DNA of 64,000 bases from Octopus sinensis (taxonomy: Eukaryota). Under the pieces are notes generated by a model. The model was not told the DNA's origin and did not search any database. It saw only the letters and a list, made by a program, of their open reading frames with translations. Both the position numbers and the translations under genes were made by a program. Positions 1 to 10,749 of the stretch are shown here, in pieces (position 1 is the stretch's first letter; every line of letters begins with the position of its first letter). The stretch spans positions 10,168,001 through 10,232,000 of the forward strand of contig NC_043024.1 of the NCBI RefSeq assembly GCF_006345805.1, given 5' to 3'.

Positions 1-50
1 CAATTTCATATGAAGCTAGAAAAAACTGCCGTTCAAACAGAAAAGATCCC
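1..50. mobile_element. Right terminal inverted repeat of a non-autonomous DNA transposon (same family as 56109-56890), cut by the window edge
   Basis: AAAAAACTGCCGTTCAAACAGAAAAGATCCC matches the right TIR at 56860-56890. Confidence 0.7.
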
Positions 51-312
51 AAATTTCTGAAAATGCTTTGGACAGGCAAAGAGTTAATGTCACAGATAGC
101 CTCACTGTGAAAATATACTTTGAGTAACATAATAAACTGAGGATCTATTCCCTTTGAACGGTAGATCGAGAAATTAATTTTTTGTAACTAAACACTTTCA
201 AACTTCGTATAGTGGTAGAAAGTGTCATATAAAACATCTTTTACTCTTAGCGTTTTTGAGAACGTGGAAATAACTACAAATATAATGTATTGTGTCTGAC
301 CCACGTAACACT

Positions 313-1275
313 TATTTCTTTATTGCCCACAAGGGGCTAAATATGGAGGGGACAAACAAGGACAGACAAACGGATAAAGTCGATTACATCGACCCCAGTG
401 CGTAACTGGTACTTAATTTATCGACCCCGAAAGGATGAAAGGCAAAGTCGACCTCGGCGGAATTTGAACTCAGAACGTAACGGCAGACAAAATACCTATT
501 TCTTTATTGCCCACAAGGGGCTAAATATAGAGGGGACAAACAAGGACAGACAAAGGCATTAAGCCGATTACATCGACCCCAGTGCGTAACTGGTACTTAA
601 TTTATCGACCCCGAAAAGATGAAAAGCAAAGTCAGCCTCGGCGGAATTTGAACTCACAACGTAACAGCAGACAAAATACCTATTTCTTTATTACCCACGA
701 GGGGCTAAACACACAAAGTACAAACGAGGACAGACAAACGGATTAAGTCGATTATATCGACTCCAGTACGTAACTGGTACTTAATTTATCGACCCTGAAA
801 GGATGAAAAGCAAAGTCGGCCTCGGCGGAATTTGAACTCAGAACGTAACGGCAGACAAAATACCTATTTCTTTACTACCCACAAGGGGCTAAATACAGAA
901 AGTACAAACGAGGACAGACAAACGGATTAAGTCGATTATATCGAATCCAGTACGTAACTGGTACTTAATTTATCGACCCTGAAAGGATGAAAGGCAAAGT
1001 CGGCCTCGGCGGAATTTGAACTCACAACGTAACGGCAGACGAAATACCTATTTCTTTATTACCAACAAGGGGCTAAACACACAAAGTACAAACAAGGACA
1101 GAAAAAGGGATTAAGTCGATTATATCGACTCCAGTACGTAACTGGTACTTAATTTATCGACCCCGAAAAGATGAAAGGCAAGTCGGCCTCGGCGGAATTT
1201 GAACTCAGAACGTAACGGCAGACGAAATACTGCTACGCATTTCGCCCAGCGTGCTAACGTTTCTGCCAGCTCGCC
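313..1275 (-). mobile_element. tRNA-derived SINE (family A), tandem concatemer of five ~184-nt units
   Basis: Minus-strand head GGCGAGCTGGCAGAAACGTTAGC (A-box-like) and GAGTTCAAATTCC (B-box); AAAATACC recurs at 489, 673, 857 and 1041. Confidence 0.85.
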
Positions 1276-1649
1276 TTATTATTGTTTTGTTTTTTTTTGT
1301 AAAGTCAGACGAAATGGTGCTAAACATTTTGCCCGGCGCGCTAACTATTCTGCCAGCTCACCCCCTCTAGACCCACGTAACACTTGCATGAATGTTAATA
1401 TTAACCTATTTTCTGTATGAACGAGATAAGAAAGTAATTTTTATTCTAGATTACATCGAACACGAAAAAACTAAAGCAAAGCCGATCTCGGTTTTTGAAT
1501 CAACTATCATAATACGAAGTACTCTTCTATCGGAATCTGTAACACAAGCAACAAAAGCGAAAACTAGCGGGGCTCGTATTCTACACCTACGCTCCAATTT
1601 GAATGAAATTTAGGAGCTATTTCTAGCAAGGGCCTGTGACCATATTGTG

Positions 1650-1781
1650 GCTTCTCATTGGCTGGTCACAAAAGAAAAGAAATGTGACAAGGCAAGAGAG
1701 ACAAATGCGAATGTCCTGTTATGTTTCTAACGCAGTTATCTTTCCTTAGTCAATTCAAAAGTTTTTCCTTTGGTCGCAGGT
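1650..1781 (+). promoter_or_regulatory. Candidate ESD promoter / non-coding first exon ending at a 5' splice site
   Basis: Unique non-repeat DNA, ATTGG (reverse CCAAT) near 1657, and CAG|GTACGT donor at 1779/1780. The ATG exon is preceded by acceptor AGs (6552/6561), so an upstream exon is expected. Inference only. Confidence 0.35.
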
Positions 1782-1803
1782 ACGTAATTAAGATCTTAAT
1801 TGG

Positions 1804-2157
1804 CCGTTTATTTCTCTGTATCTTTTTATATATTAACTTCCTCTGCCTGTGTAGAAGAAAAACACTAACTATATTAAGTATTTAATTATTTACACAGTTT
1901 AATTATCAATATTATCGTGGTGTAACAAATTTATAAGCCCCAAATCAACCCCGGTTAAATACATCTATGAACCGGCATACAGTTCCTTTATTTCTCTGTA
2001 TCTTTTTATATATTGACTTGCTCTGCTCGTGTAGAAGAAAAACCGCTAACTATATTAAGTATTTAATTATTTACACAGTTTAATTATCAATATTATCTCG
2101 GTGTAACAAATTTATAAGCCCCAAATCGACCCCCGTTAAATACATCTGTGAACCGGC
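1804..2157. repeat. Two-copy direct repeat, ~180 nt
   Basis: 1804-1975 and 1984-2157 are near-identical. Confidence 0.85.
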
Positions 2158-2759
2158 TTACATCACGCTTTTATACGTACAGCCTATAAACCAAAAACGT
2201 TCCGACCCTTAATTATCTTTCTCTTATGTACAGCAAACAAGATCATATTATCTAACACGTCCTGCGATGATTTTGGGGTGGTATATTTAGCAGGCTTCGT
2301 CGGTTTGCGGCCTATAAAATGTTAACCGTTAGTTTTTAGTGAATGAGCTAGACTGATTTATAGCGTAGTAGTTGGACTTTAACCCCTTATAGTATTTAGT
2401 TTAGGGTTTATCGGGTTTCTCTCTGTTTCTAACAGAAACGACCGTTTTCCCCCACCTCTCACTTGTTTTGAGCACCATATGTGTATAATAAATAACTTAA
2501 ATCTCAGTATTTAACTGAGATTCTAAATATTCAATTAAACATTCTCGCAGACGTTGGAAGAATCGCTATTTTATCAACCCCAGATAAATACCTCTAGCTA
2601 TATTTTTTTTTAAATATTCTGTCAAGGTCAGCTTTCCATTTTGCCCATACGAGGTCGATAAAATAAACCACTGATCGAATACTAAACTCGCTTTAATATT
2701 CCTGTTCAGCATTTTCTTTATAACTTTGGTTAATTATTTTTCTTTTACAAAATTTATTC

Positions 2760-3908
2760 GGTAAATTTTCGGCAAAATTTCAACTCAGAGCGGACGAAAT
2801 ACCGCTAAGCATTTTGTCCGGCGTGCTAAAGATTCTGGACACTCCAATGACCAACTAGTACTTATTTTATCGAGCCTGAAAGGATGAAAAGCAAAGTTAG
2901 CCTCGGCGGAATTTGAACTCATAACGTAAAGACGGACGAAATACTGCTAAGCATTTCGTCTGGCGTGCTAACGTTTCTACCAGTTCGCCGTCTTTTAAAA
3001 ATGTTATAATAATCCTTTGTGGAGGGGAATAGTCGATTACATCGACCCCACTGTTTCACAATTTATCAACCCTGTAAGGATGAAAGGTAAAGAATGCCTC
3101 GGCGGCATTTGAACTGGGAACGTAAAGATGGAGGTAATACCTAATTCTTTACTACCCACAAGGGGCTAAACACAGAGGAGACAAACAAGGACAGACAAGG
3201 GGATTATGTGCATAACTGGTACTTATTTAATCGACCCCGAAAGGATGAAAGGCAAAGTCGACCTCAGTGGAATTTGAACTCACAACGTAACGGCAGAGAC
3301 GAAATACCTATTTCTTTACTACCCACAAGGGGCTAAACACAGAGGAGACAAACAAGGACAGGCAAACGGATTAAGTCAATTATATTGACCCCAGTGCGTA
3401 ACTGGTACTTATTTAATCGACCCCGAAAGGATGAAAGGCAAAGTCGACCTCAGTGGAATTTGAACTCACAACGTAACGGCAGACGAAATACCTATTTCTT
3501 TACTACCCACAAGGGGCTAAACACAGAGGAGACAAACAAGGACAGGCAAACGGATTAAGTCGATTACATCGACCTCAGTGCGTAACTGGTACTTATTTAA
3601 TCGACCCCGAAAGGATGAAAGGCAAAGTCGACCTCGACGGAATTTGAACTCAGAACGTAGCAGCAGACGAAATACCTATTTTTTTACTACCCACAAGGAG
3701 CTAAACACAGAGGGGGACAAGCAAGGGCAGACACACGGATTAAGTCGTTTACATCGACCACAGTGCGTAACTGGTACTTATTTAATCGACCCTGAAAGGA
3801 TGAAAATCAAAGTCGACCTCAGTGGAATTTGAACTCAGAACGTAACGGTAGACGAAATACGGCTATGCATTTCGCCCGGCATGCTAACGGTTCTGCCAGC
3901 TCGCCACC
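2760..3908 (-). mobile_element. SINE family A concatemer (four clean units 3138-3908 plus degenerate units to the left)
   Basis: Same unit and same junction AAAGAAATAG/GTATTTCGTCTGCC as 313-1275. Confidence 0.85.
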
Positions 3909-4241
3909 TTAATCTTCATAATCTTATCACTGCCTTTTTCACAAGAGCTTAGTGAGAACAGTACAAAGGGCAAGATAAGACACAGTTAAGGAAGGTGAGA
4001 AGAAAATTTATATAAAAAACGTATAAAAATAAGAATTTAGAAAAAATACCCTCAATGCCCTCATTATTGATGAGTAGCTCCCTAGAGACAATCAAGAAAC
4101 CCTTAAAATCCTGGATAAGCTTAAGCACTAAGGGGCAGGTACCTTTTCTCAGCTATCTTTCTCCTCCCCTGGTCTGCAGGCTATTTCTTGGGCAAGCTGT
4201 GGCCCTCGACATGTTGTGTGGCCCTCCTTGAGTGTCTTGGT

Positions 4242-4442
4242 CAGTGCTTTTCAAAACTTTTGCTGGGGTGGAACCCCAAGGAAACATTCCACTGGCTCGA
4301 GGAACCCCTGTGCAATAATTTAATAGTCTTATGCACACATATCTGCACAGGAGAATTAAAAATTACTGCCGATTTTAGCAGTTTTGTAACTTCTTGCAGA
4401 ACTCCTGGACTGTACTGGCGGAACCCTGGTTGAAAACCACTG
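4242..4442. mobile_element. hAT-like MITE
   Basis: Ends CAGTG...CACTG; 8-bp flanks GTCTTGGT / GTCTAGGT (TSD with 1 mismatch). Confidence 0.7.
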
Positions 4443-5078
4443 GTCTAGGTTGATAATTTGCAGCATAACCTAAGAGCAGTGACATCTCAAATTCTTCTTA
4501 ATACTGAAAATATAGTAAAGAATGTGAAAGGGCAAAAATCTCATTGATAGAGATAATGAAATTTGTTCTTTAATAAAATCTCAATGAATTTTCTTTCGTT
4601 TTCTTTTTGACCTCAATATTTTAATCTATTATTTATTTACACTAGTAATCATCATCATGATGGGTATATTGGGCTTCATATATTTGTACCCGAGTGTCAG
4701 TTTGATGGCATGCACTGTTGAAAAGTCAAGAGATATGGTAAATAAAAAAGGTAGCAGTAGTACAAATAATTGTCGGAGCCCTGGGAACAGTGAGTAAAAA
4801 TCTCGAGAAGTATGTGGAACAAATAGGGGCTGCAATAAGGGTGGAGTACTGGCAGAAAACAGCACTGCTTGGAACCGCTTGAATACTGTGGAAGGTGCTC
4901 AGAAAATAAGTGTTACTTTAGTTCACTGGTAGTGAACAGCCGACACCATAGTACATGTCCAGCGTTAGAAGCTGTGCAATGATAATAATAATGATAATAA
5001 TAATTTAATGTTAATAAAATGTGAAATGCTTGGGGCATGACTTTTGGCCCATTCTCTGTGTCTGTCTGTCTATGTATG

Positions 5079-5127
<49 letters not shown>

Positions 5128-5200
5128 TACTAATATAAGATTAAGTATTTTTACAGAAAAAAATTTCATCAAAATGTGGCAGCATATTAAAAGGTTAAAA

Positions 5201-5540
5201 GGTGATCTCATTCTTGCTCACAACATCATAAGCGGGAAGTGTAACCTCTCGAAAGAGCTGTTCTTCGCTCCTGCTCCAGAGCGTCGGCTGCGGGGTCACT
5301 CCGAAAAGCTCTATCTGCGACGATTTCATCTCAATTGAAGGAGAGGGGCTTTCTCCGTCCGGGTTGCAGATCCGTGGAATAAGCTGCCGGACGAGATAGT
5401 GAAGATGCCAACGATTGCTCGGTTCAAAGTCTCCCTTGACCAGAAATGGCCTGAACTCTTTGCATGAACACCCTCCCTGTACATAACTCCATGTCCCCCT
5501 ACATGACCTTGCTTTTTGCTTTTTGAGCCAAAAAATTAAC
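5201..5540 (+). mobile_element. CR1/L2-type LINE 3' fragment
   Basis: Encodes GDLILAHNIISGKCNL...RGHSEKLYLRRFHLN, the C-terminus typical of CR1/L2 ORF2; matches 10750-11645. Confidence 0.85.
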
Positions 5541-5554
5541 TTATATACATATAT

Positions 5555-5617
<63 letters not shown>

Positions 5618-5939
5618 TACACACACATATATATACATATATATATATAACTATAAATAAGGGCTAAAGAAAATTATTTCTATGCCAATATGCTGATAAC
5701 AGACATTTAAATCGTCAATTTCCACATACTATTATATACCGTATTTCTGTGGTGGGTATATAATAATATGTGGAAAATGATTTAAAAGTCTGTTATCAGC
5801 ATATTGGCACGGAAATAATTTTCTTTTGCCCTTGTTTATAAGTTATATATATATATATGTATATATATATGTGTGTGTGTATATATGTATATATATGTGT
5901 GTGTGTATATATGTATATATATGTATGTATGTATATAAG

Positions 5940-6456
5940 TTAAGTTAATTTTTTGGCTCAAAAACATAAAGCAAGGCCATGTAGAGGGACATGGAGTTAT
6001 GTACAGGGAGGGTGTTCATGCAAAGAGTTGAGGCCATTTCTGGTCAAGAGAGACTTTGAACCGAGCGGTCGTTGGCATCTTCACTATCTCGTCCGGTAAC
6101 TTATTCCACGGATCTGCAACCCGGACGGAGAAAGCCCCTCTCCTTCGATTGAGATGAAATCGTCGCAGATAGAGCTTTCCGGGGTGACCCCACAGCCGAT
6201 ACTCTGGAGCAGGAGTGAAGAACACCTCTTTCGAGAGGTTACACTTTCCGCTTATGATGTTGTGAGCAAGAATGAGATCACCACGGCGTCGTCGTTTTTC
6301 TAGAGAATAAAGGTCAAGCGTCTTCAGCCTTTCTTCATAAGACAAATGCTTGAGACCAAGAACCATGCGGGTAGCCAGCTTCTGGACTCTTTCGCGATGA
6401 TGTATGTCTTTGAGGAGATAAGGAGAAGAGGCTTGCGTACAGATATACACACACAA
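5940..6456 (-). mobile_element. CR1/L2-type LINE 3' fragment, inverted relative to 5201-5540
   Basis: ORF 6016-6456: ERVQKLATRMV...LEKRRRRGDLI...VRVADPWNKLP. Confidence 0.9.
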
Positions 6457-6574
6457 TATGCTGTATGTATATATATATAGTTAAATGACTCGGCTGCTCT
6501 CATATTCCTTGAATTTTCATGCATTCTTTTATTTCTTTTCTACTTTTGTCAGATTCCTCAGTTTGAAAGTAATA

Positions 6575-6645
6575 ATGAGTAATCTTGAACAGGTATCATC
6601 GAACAAATGTTTTGGAGGCTTCCAGAAAGTCTTCAAACATTCCAG
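6575..6645 (+). CDS. ESD: S-formylglutathione hydrolase, coding exon 1
   Basis: ATG...MSNLEQVSSNKCFGGFQKVFKHS, matches the ESD N-terminus; donor AG|GTAAAC. Confidence 0.95.
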
Positions 6646-7499
6646 GTAAACAACACCCTTCCTTCTTTCCTTTCGTTTTTCCCTGCTTCCCTCTTTTACC
6701 TGTTTTTCTTCTTACCTATTTCAACGAAAATAATCGTATACACACTAAATACCGTTTGAAAAACTCAACGAGATATTAAGACCGAGCTAAAGAATTCTTT
6801 GTTTCCAGATTGAAACGTAATTTATCAGCACTTCGCAGGCATAGCAATTGGTTCACCATTATCCCCAGCGGTAACAAACATCTATGCGAAGTACTTTAAT
6901 AAAAGTCAGGTTCATTCTTTATTCATCATTATCATTCAGTGTCCGCCTTGCGGTTTATTGGAGGCAGATTTTCTGCGACTGGGGTGCCCTTCCTGTCACC
7001 AACTCTCTGTTGTTTCCAAACAAGGTAATATTTCCCCATGATCAGACATGTTTCTGCAGTATATTGGGAGTGAAGGACACTGCTTGTATGCCAGGGGCAC
7101 CCATTTTATGACTAGCGCATGAAGTCAAGAAAAGGAGATACCCTCACCTATCTCTCTCATCTCCATCCATCTATCTGTCTATCTACCTGGCTATCTACCT
7201 GTCTATCCATCTGTTTATCTATGTCTGTCTCTGTCTAACTGTGTGTCTATATCTATCTGTCTTTAATCAATCTGTCTTTCTTTATATATATCTGTCTTTC
7301 TATCTGTCTGTCTGTCTATCTATCTATCATCTATCTAGGTAGCTAGCTAGCTAGCTATTTTTCTATCTATCTGTCAGTCTATCTTTCTATCTATCTATTC
7401 ATGTCTGTGTGTCTGTCTTCTGTCTGTCTGTCTATCTGTCTATTCATCTATCTATTCATTTGTCCGTCTGTCCATCTATCAATCAAATTCTCTTTTCAG

Positions 7500-7588
7500 T
7501 TCTGAATTGAAATGTGAAATGAAATTCGGTATTTATTTACCTGCGAAATCTGAATTTGGCAAACTTCCTGTGCTCTATTGGCTTTCCG
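7500..7588 (+). CDS. ESD: ESD coding exon 2
   Basis: ttttcag|[31 protein letters not shown]|gtgagt; phases match neighbours. Confidence 0.95.
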
Positions 7589-7744
7589 GTGAGTTTAATT
7601 CCCTTAGTCCCTGATTCAATTACTGGTACTTGGTTAGATGGCAGGGGAGACAACTGACCATTTCTGGTACAAAAACCTCATCATCATCATTAAATTGTGG
7701 CCCTGCGGGAAGAAATTTGCTTCCCCACTACAAGGTCCCAGGAT

Positions 7745-7963
7745 CAGTGGTCTTCAACCAGGGTTCTGTGGAACCTTGGGGTTCTGCCAGTACAGTCCAG
7801 GGGTTCCACAAGAAGTTACAAAACTTCTAAAATCGGCAGTAATTTTTATTTCTCCTGTGCAGATATGTGTGCATAAGACTATTAAATTATTGCAGAGGGG
7901 TTCCTCGAGCCAGTGGAATGTTTCCTTGGGGTTCCGCTCTTGCAAAAAGTTTGAAAAGCACTG
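7745..7963. mobile_element. hAT-like MITE, inverted copy of 4242-4442
   Basis: CAGTGGTCTTCAACC...TTTGAAAAGCACTG; body is the reverse complement of 4242-4442. Confidence 0.75.
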
Positions 7964-8074
7964 CCTTAGGCAAATGTCTTCTACTATAGTTCCAGCTGAC
8001 TAAAGACTTTTGAGTGAATTTGGTAGCCTAATGTTAAAAGAAGCCTGTTGTGTTTGTGTGTGTGTGTATAGTCA

Positions 8075-8325
8075 TAGGAGTGGCTGTGTGGTAAGTAACT
8101 TGCATAGCAACCACATGGTTCTGGGTTCAGTCCCACTGCGTGGCATCTTGGGCAAGTGTCTTCTGCTATAGCCCCGGGCCGACCAATGCCTTGTGAGTGG
8201 ATTTGGTAGACGGAAACTGAAAGAATCCTGTCGTATATATGTATATATATATATATGTATGTTGTGTGCTTGTGTGTCTGTGTTTGTCCCCCTAGCATTG
8301 CTTGACAACCGATGCTGGGGTGTTT
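8075..8325 (+). mobile_element. tRNA-derived SINE family B (partial)
   Basis: GGAGTGGCTGTGTGGTAAG...GGGTTCAGTCCCA head plus CTTGGGCAAGTGTCTT body; many copies in the window. Confidence 0.8.
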
Positions 8326-8449
8326 ATCATCCTCATTGTTTAATGTCCACTTTCCATACTGGCATAGATTTGGCAAAGTTTCCACGGCTCGTCTGTCGCT
8401 ACGTTCTGAGTTTGAATTCCGCCGAGGTCAACTTTGTCTCTCATCCTTT

Positions 8450-9150
8450 TCATCATCATCATCATCGTTTAACGTCCGTTTTCCATGCTAGCATGGGTTG
8501 GACGGCTCGACCAGGGTCTGGGAAGCCAGAAGGCTGCACCAGGCCCAGTCTGATCTGGCAGTGTTTCTACAGCTGGATGCCCTTCCTAACGCCAACCACT
8601 CTGTGAGTGTATTGGGTGCTTTTTACGTGCCACCAGCACAGGTGCCAGGGCAGTCTGGCAGCGGCCACGATCGGTTGGTGCTTTTAACGTGCCACCAGCA
8701 CGGAAGCAAGTCAAGGCGGCGCTTGCATCGGCCACGTTCGGATGGTGCTTATTTATGTGCCACCGGCACAGAAGCCAGTCGAGGCGGTGCTAGCATCGGC
8801 CATGTTCGGATGGTGCTTTTAACGTGCCACCAGCACAGAAGCCAGTCAAGGCGGCGCTGGCATCGGCCATGTTCGGATGGTGCTTATTTATGTGCCACTG
8901 GCACAGAAGCCAGTCGAGGCGGCGCTGGCATTGGCCACGTTTGGATGGTGCTTATTTATGTGCCACCGGCACAGGTATCACAACTACTATTTCCATTTGA
9001 TATTTATTTCGATGTTCATGTACTTGACTCAATAGATCTCCTCAAGCACAGCGGGTTGTTCTGAAATCCAAGGTACTTTGAATGGGCAGGGGCTATGCGG
9101 AGCTGGTGCAGGAAGCAGCCCGGGTCTTTGCAGTCACAGCATATCTCCAG
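8450..9150 (-). mobile_element. Retroposon family D, (ATG)n tail and ~62-nt internal subrepeats
   Basis: (CAT)n tail and GGATGCCCTTCCTAACGCCAACC motif; related copies at 11790-12250, 16490-16825, 22707-22880, 32340-32750, 34795-35080. Confidence 0.75.
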
Positions 9151-9342
9151 GAGTTCAAATTCTAATTAGGTTAACTTTGCCTTTTCTTCTCTCAGAATCA
9201 ATAAAATTTGTACCAGTCATATACTGTGAGCCAGTGTAATCGACTAGATTTTTGCCTCTTACAGTTGTTTGCCTTATGGTCCCCCTGCCATCTCTGGTTC
9301 CTTTTGATTCTACCATTTCTCTTTAATTTCTTTGTGCCCCAG

Positions 9343-9441
9343 GTTTGACTTGTACTGAGCAAAATTTCGTAACAAAATCTGGTTTCCAAAGATATGCAGC
9401 AGAACACAACATCATCGTTGTTGCACCTGACACAAGTCCAA
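9343..9441 (+). CDS. ESD: ESD coding exon 3
   Basis: cccag|[35 protein letters not shown]|gtaagt. Confidence 0.97.
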
Positions 9442-9501
9442 GTAAGTATACAGTTTTAGCCATTTCTATACAACAATACCTCTGTTACTTCACCAAATAC
9501 A

Positions 9502-9535
<34 letters not shown>

Positions 9536-9576
9536 CAGAAATATATATACGAGAAAGAAGCAACAAGAATGGATTA

Positions 9577-9670
9577 GTTTTTAGTACAATTGTTTCATAC
9601 AAAGACAGGCTTTATTACAAGTTGCAAAAATTGCAGCAGATAAAAGTGTCCCGTACTCATCAGCTAAAAC
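9577..9670 (-). ncRNA. Type I hammerhead ribozyme motif with extended helix II
   Basis: TTTTAG-CTGATGA-GTAC...GTAT-GAAAC-AATT-GTA|CTAAAA; 6-bp helix I; palindromic helix III ACAATTGT. Confidence 0.7.
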
Positions 9671-9774
9671 ACATATGAGTTCTCCAAACATCTTAGTGGG
9701 TGAGGTTATACTCATGAAATATTGGAGATAATTTCATTAAAGGCAGATATAGGTTGCAAACAGATTAAGTTCCT

Positions 9775-9965
9775 TAATGATGATGCACAGTCTTATCACA
9801 GATTCTTAAAAGCTTATTATTTTCACAGAGAAGATGAATTAATCCGTAGTGTAGATTTAAATTTCCAGAGATATGGGGAGGATGAAACACAGACTTATCA
9901 CAGGTTTTTAAAAGCTTATTAGCTTCACAGAAAAGGTGAATTAATCCGTAGTGAAGATTTAAATT
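9775..9965. repeat. Two-copy direct repeat, ~115 nt
   Basis: CTTATCACAG..TTAAAAGCTTATTA..GAATTAATCCGTAGTG..GATTTAAATT occurs twice. Confidence 0.75.
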
Positions 9966-10029
9966 GGTGCATCTAAGTTAAGTACCACATTCAAGTAAAT
10001 TCATTGGAATTGACTTGAATCTTAATTGC

Positions 10030-10065
<36 letters not shown>

Positions 10066-10398
10066 ATAATATTAGGGAGTAAATCCAAACTTACAGGGAA
10101 AAATTAGATTTAGGATTAAATCTAATTTTATAGTATAAATATATATTATATTAAATTATATTAAATTTTTTTATTTTTAAAATTTTAACTTTAATTTAAA
10201 TATTTTAATTTGGAATTTTATATTTTATATTTTTTATATATTTTTTAAATTAATTTTATTCCTATGTATTGGCTTATGATTTTCACTGTTTGATTTGCCT
10301 AATAGTGGTTTTATCTCTAATTCAATATAATACATATTATATATATATATATAAGTAAATAAATGGATTTGAACGCAGGTGTTATTCAAATTCTTTTA

Positions 10399-10480
10399 CT
10401 TTCGACATATGTTTCAAAGACAACATTGGGTTATTCCAAAGGAATAAACAGTGTAAAATGCAATCTTCTCATCAGGAAAG
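10399..10480 (-). ncRNA. Type I hammerhead ribozyme motif (left arm of palindrome)
   Basis: CTTTC-CTGATGA-GAAGA...TCTTT-GAAAC-ATAT-GTC|GAAAG. Confidence 0.72.
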
Positions 10481-10529
10481 AAAGAGAGCCTATCTCAAGA
10501 CATTATAACAATTTTGATAGGCTCTCTTT

Positions 10530-10612
10530 CTTTCCTGATGAGAAGATAGCATTGTACACCGTTTATTCCTTTGGAATAAAACCAATGTTGTCTTCGAAAC
10601 ATATGTCGAAAG
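10530..10612 (+). ncRNA. Type I hammerhead ribozyme motif (right arm), sense to ESD pre-mRNA
   Basis: CTTTC-CTGATGA-GAAGA(TAGCATTG...CAATGTTG)TCTTC-GAAAC-ATAT-GTC|GAAAG; complete canonical core; predicted cut after 10607. Confidence 0.8.
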
Positions 10613-10749
10613 TAAAAGAATTTGAACTGCATTTGCGTTCAACTCCATTTATTTACTTATACTACACTAATTACTGCACATTAACCCGGAGTTTCTACCT
10701 GTGAAAAGGTCGCTACATCCTTGTTACTTGCGTGAATTTTGCTAACCTG

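Larger units (their letters stand above)
10350..10661. repeat. 312-nt imperfect palindrome (arms ~145 nt, spacer ~21 nt)
   Basis: 10350-10494 is the reverse complement of 10516-10661. Confidence 0.92.
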
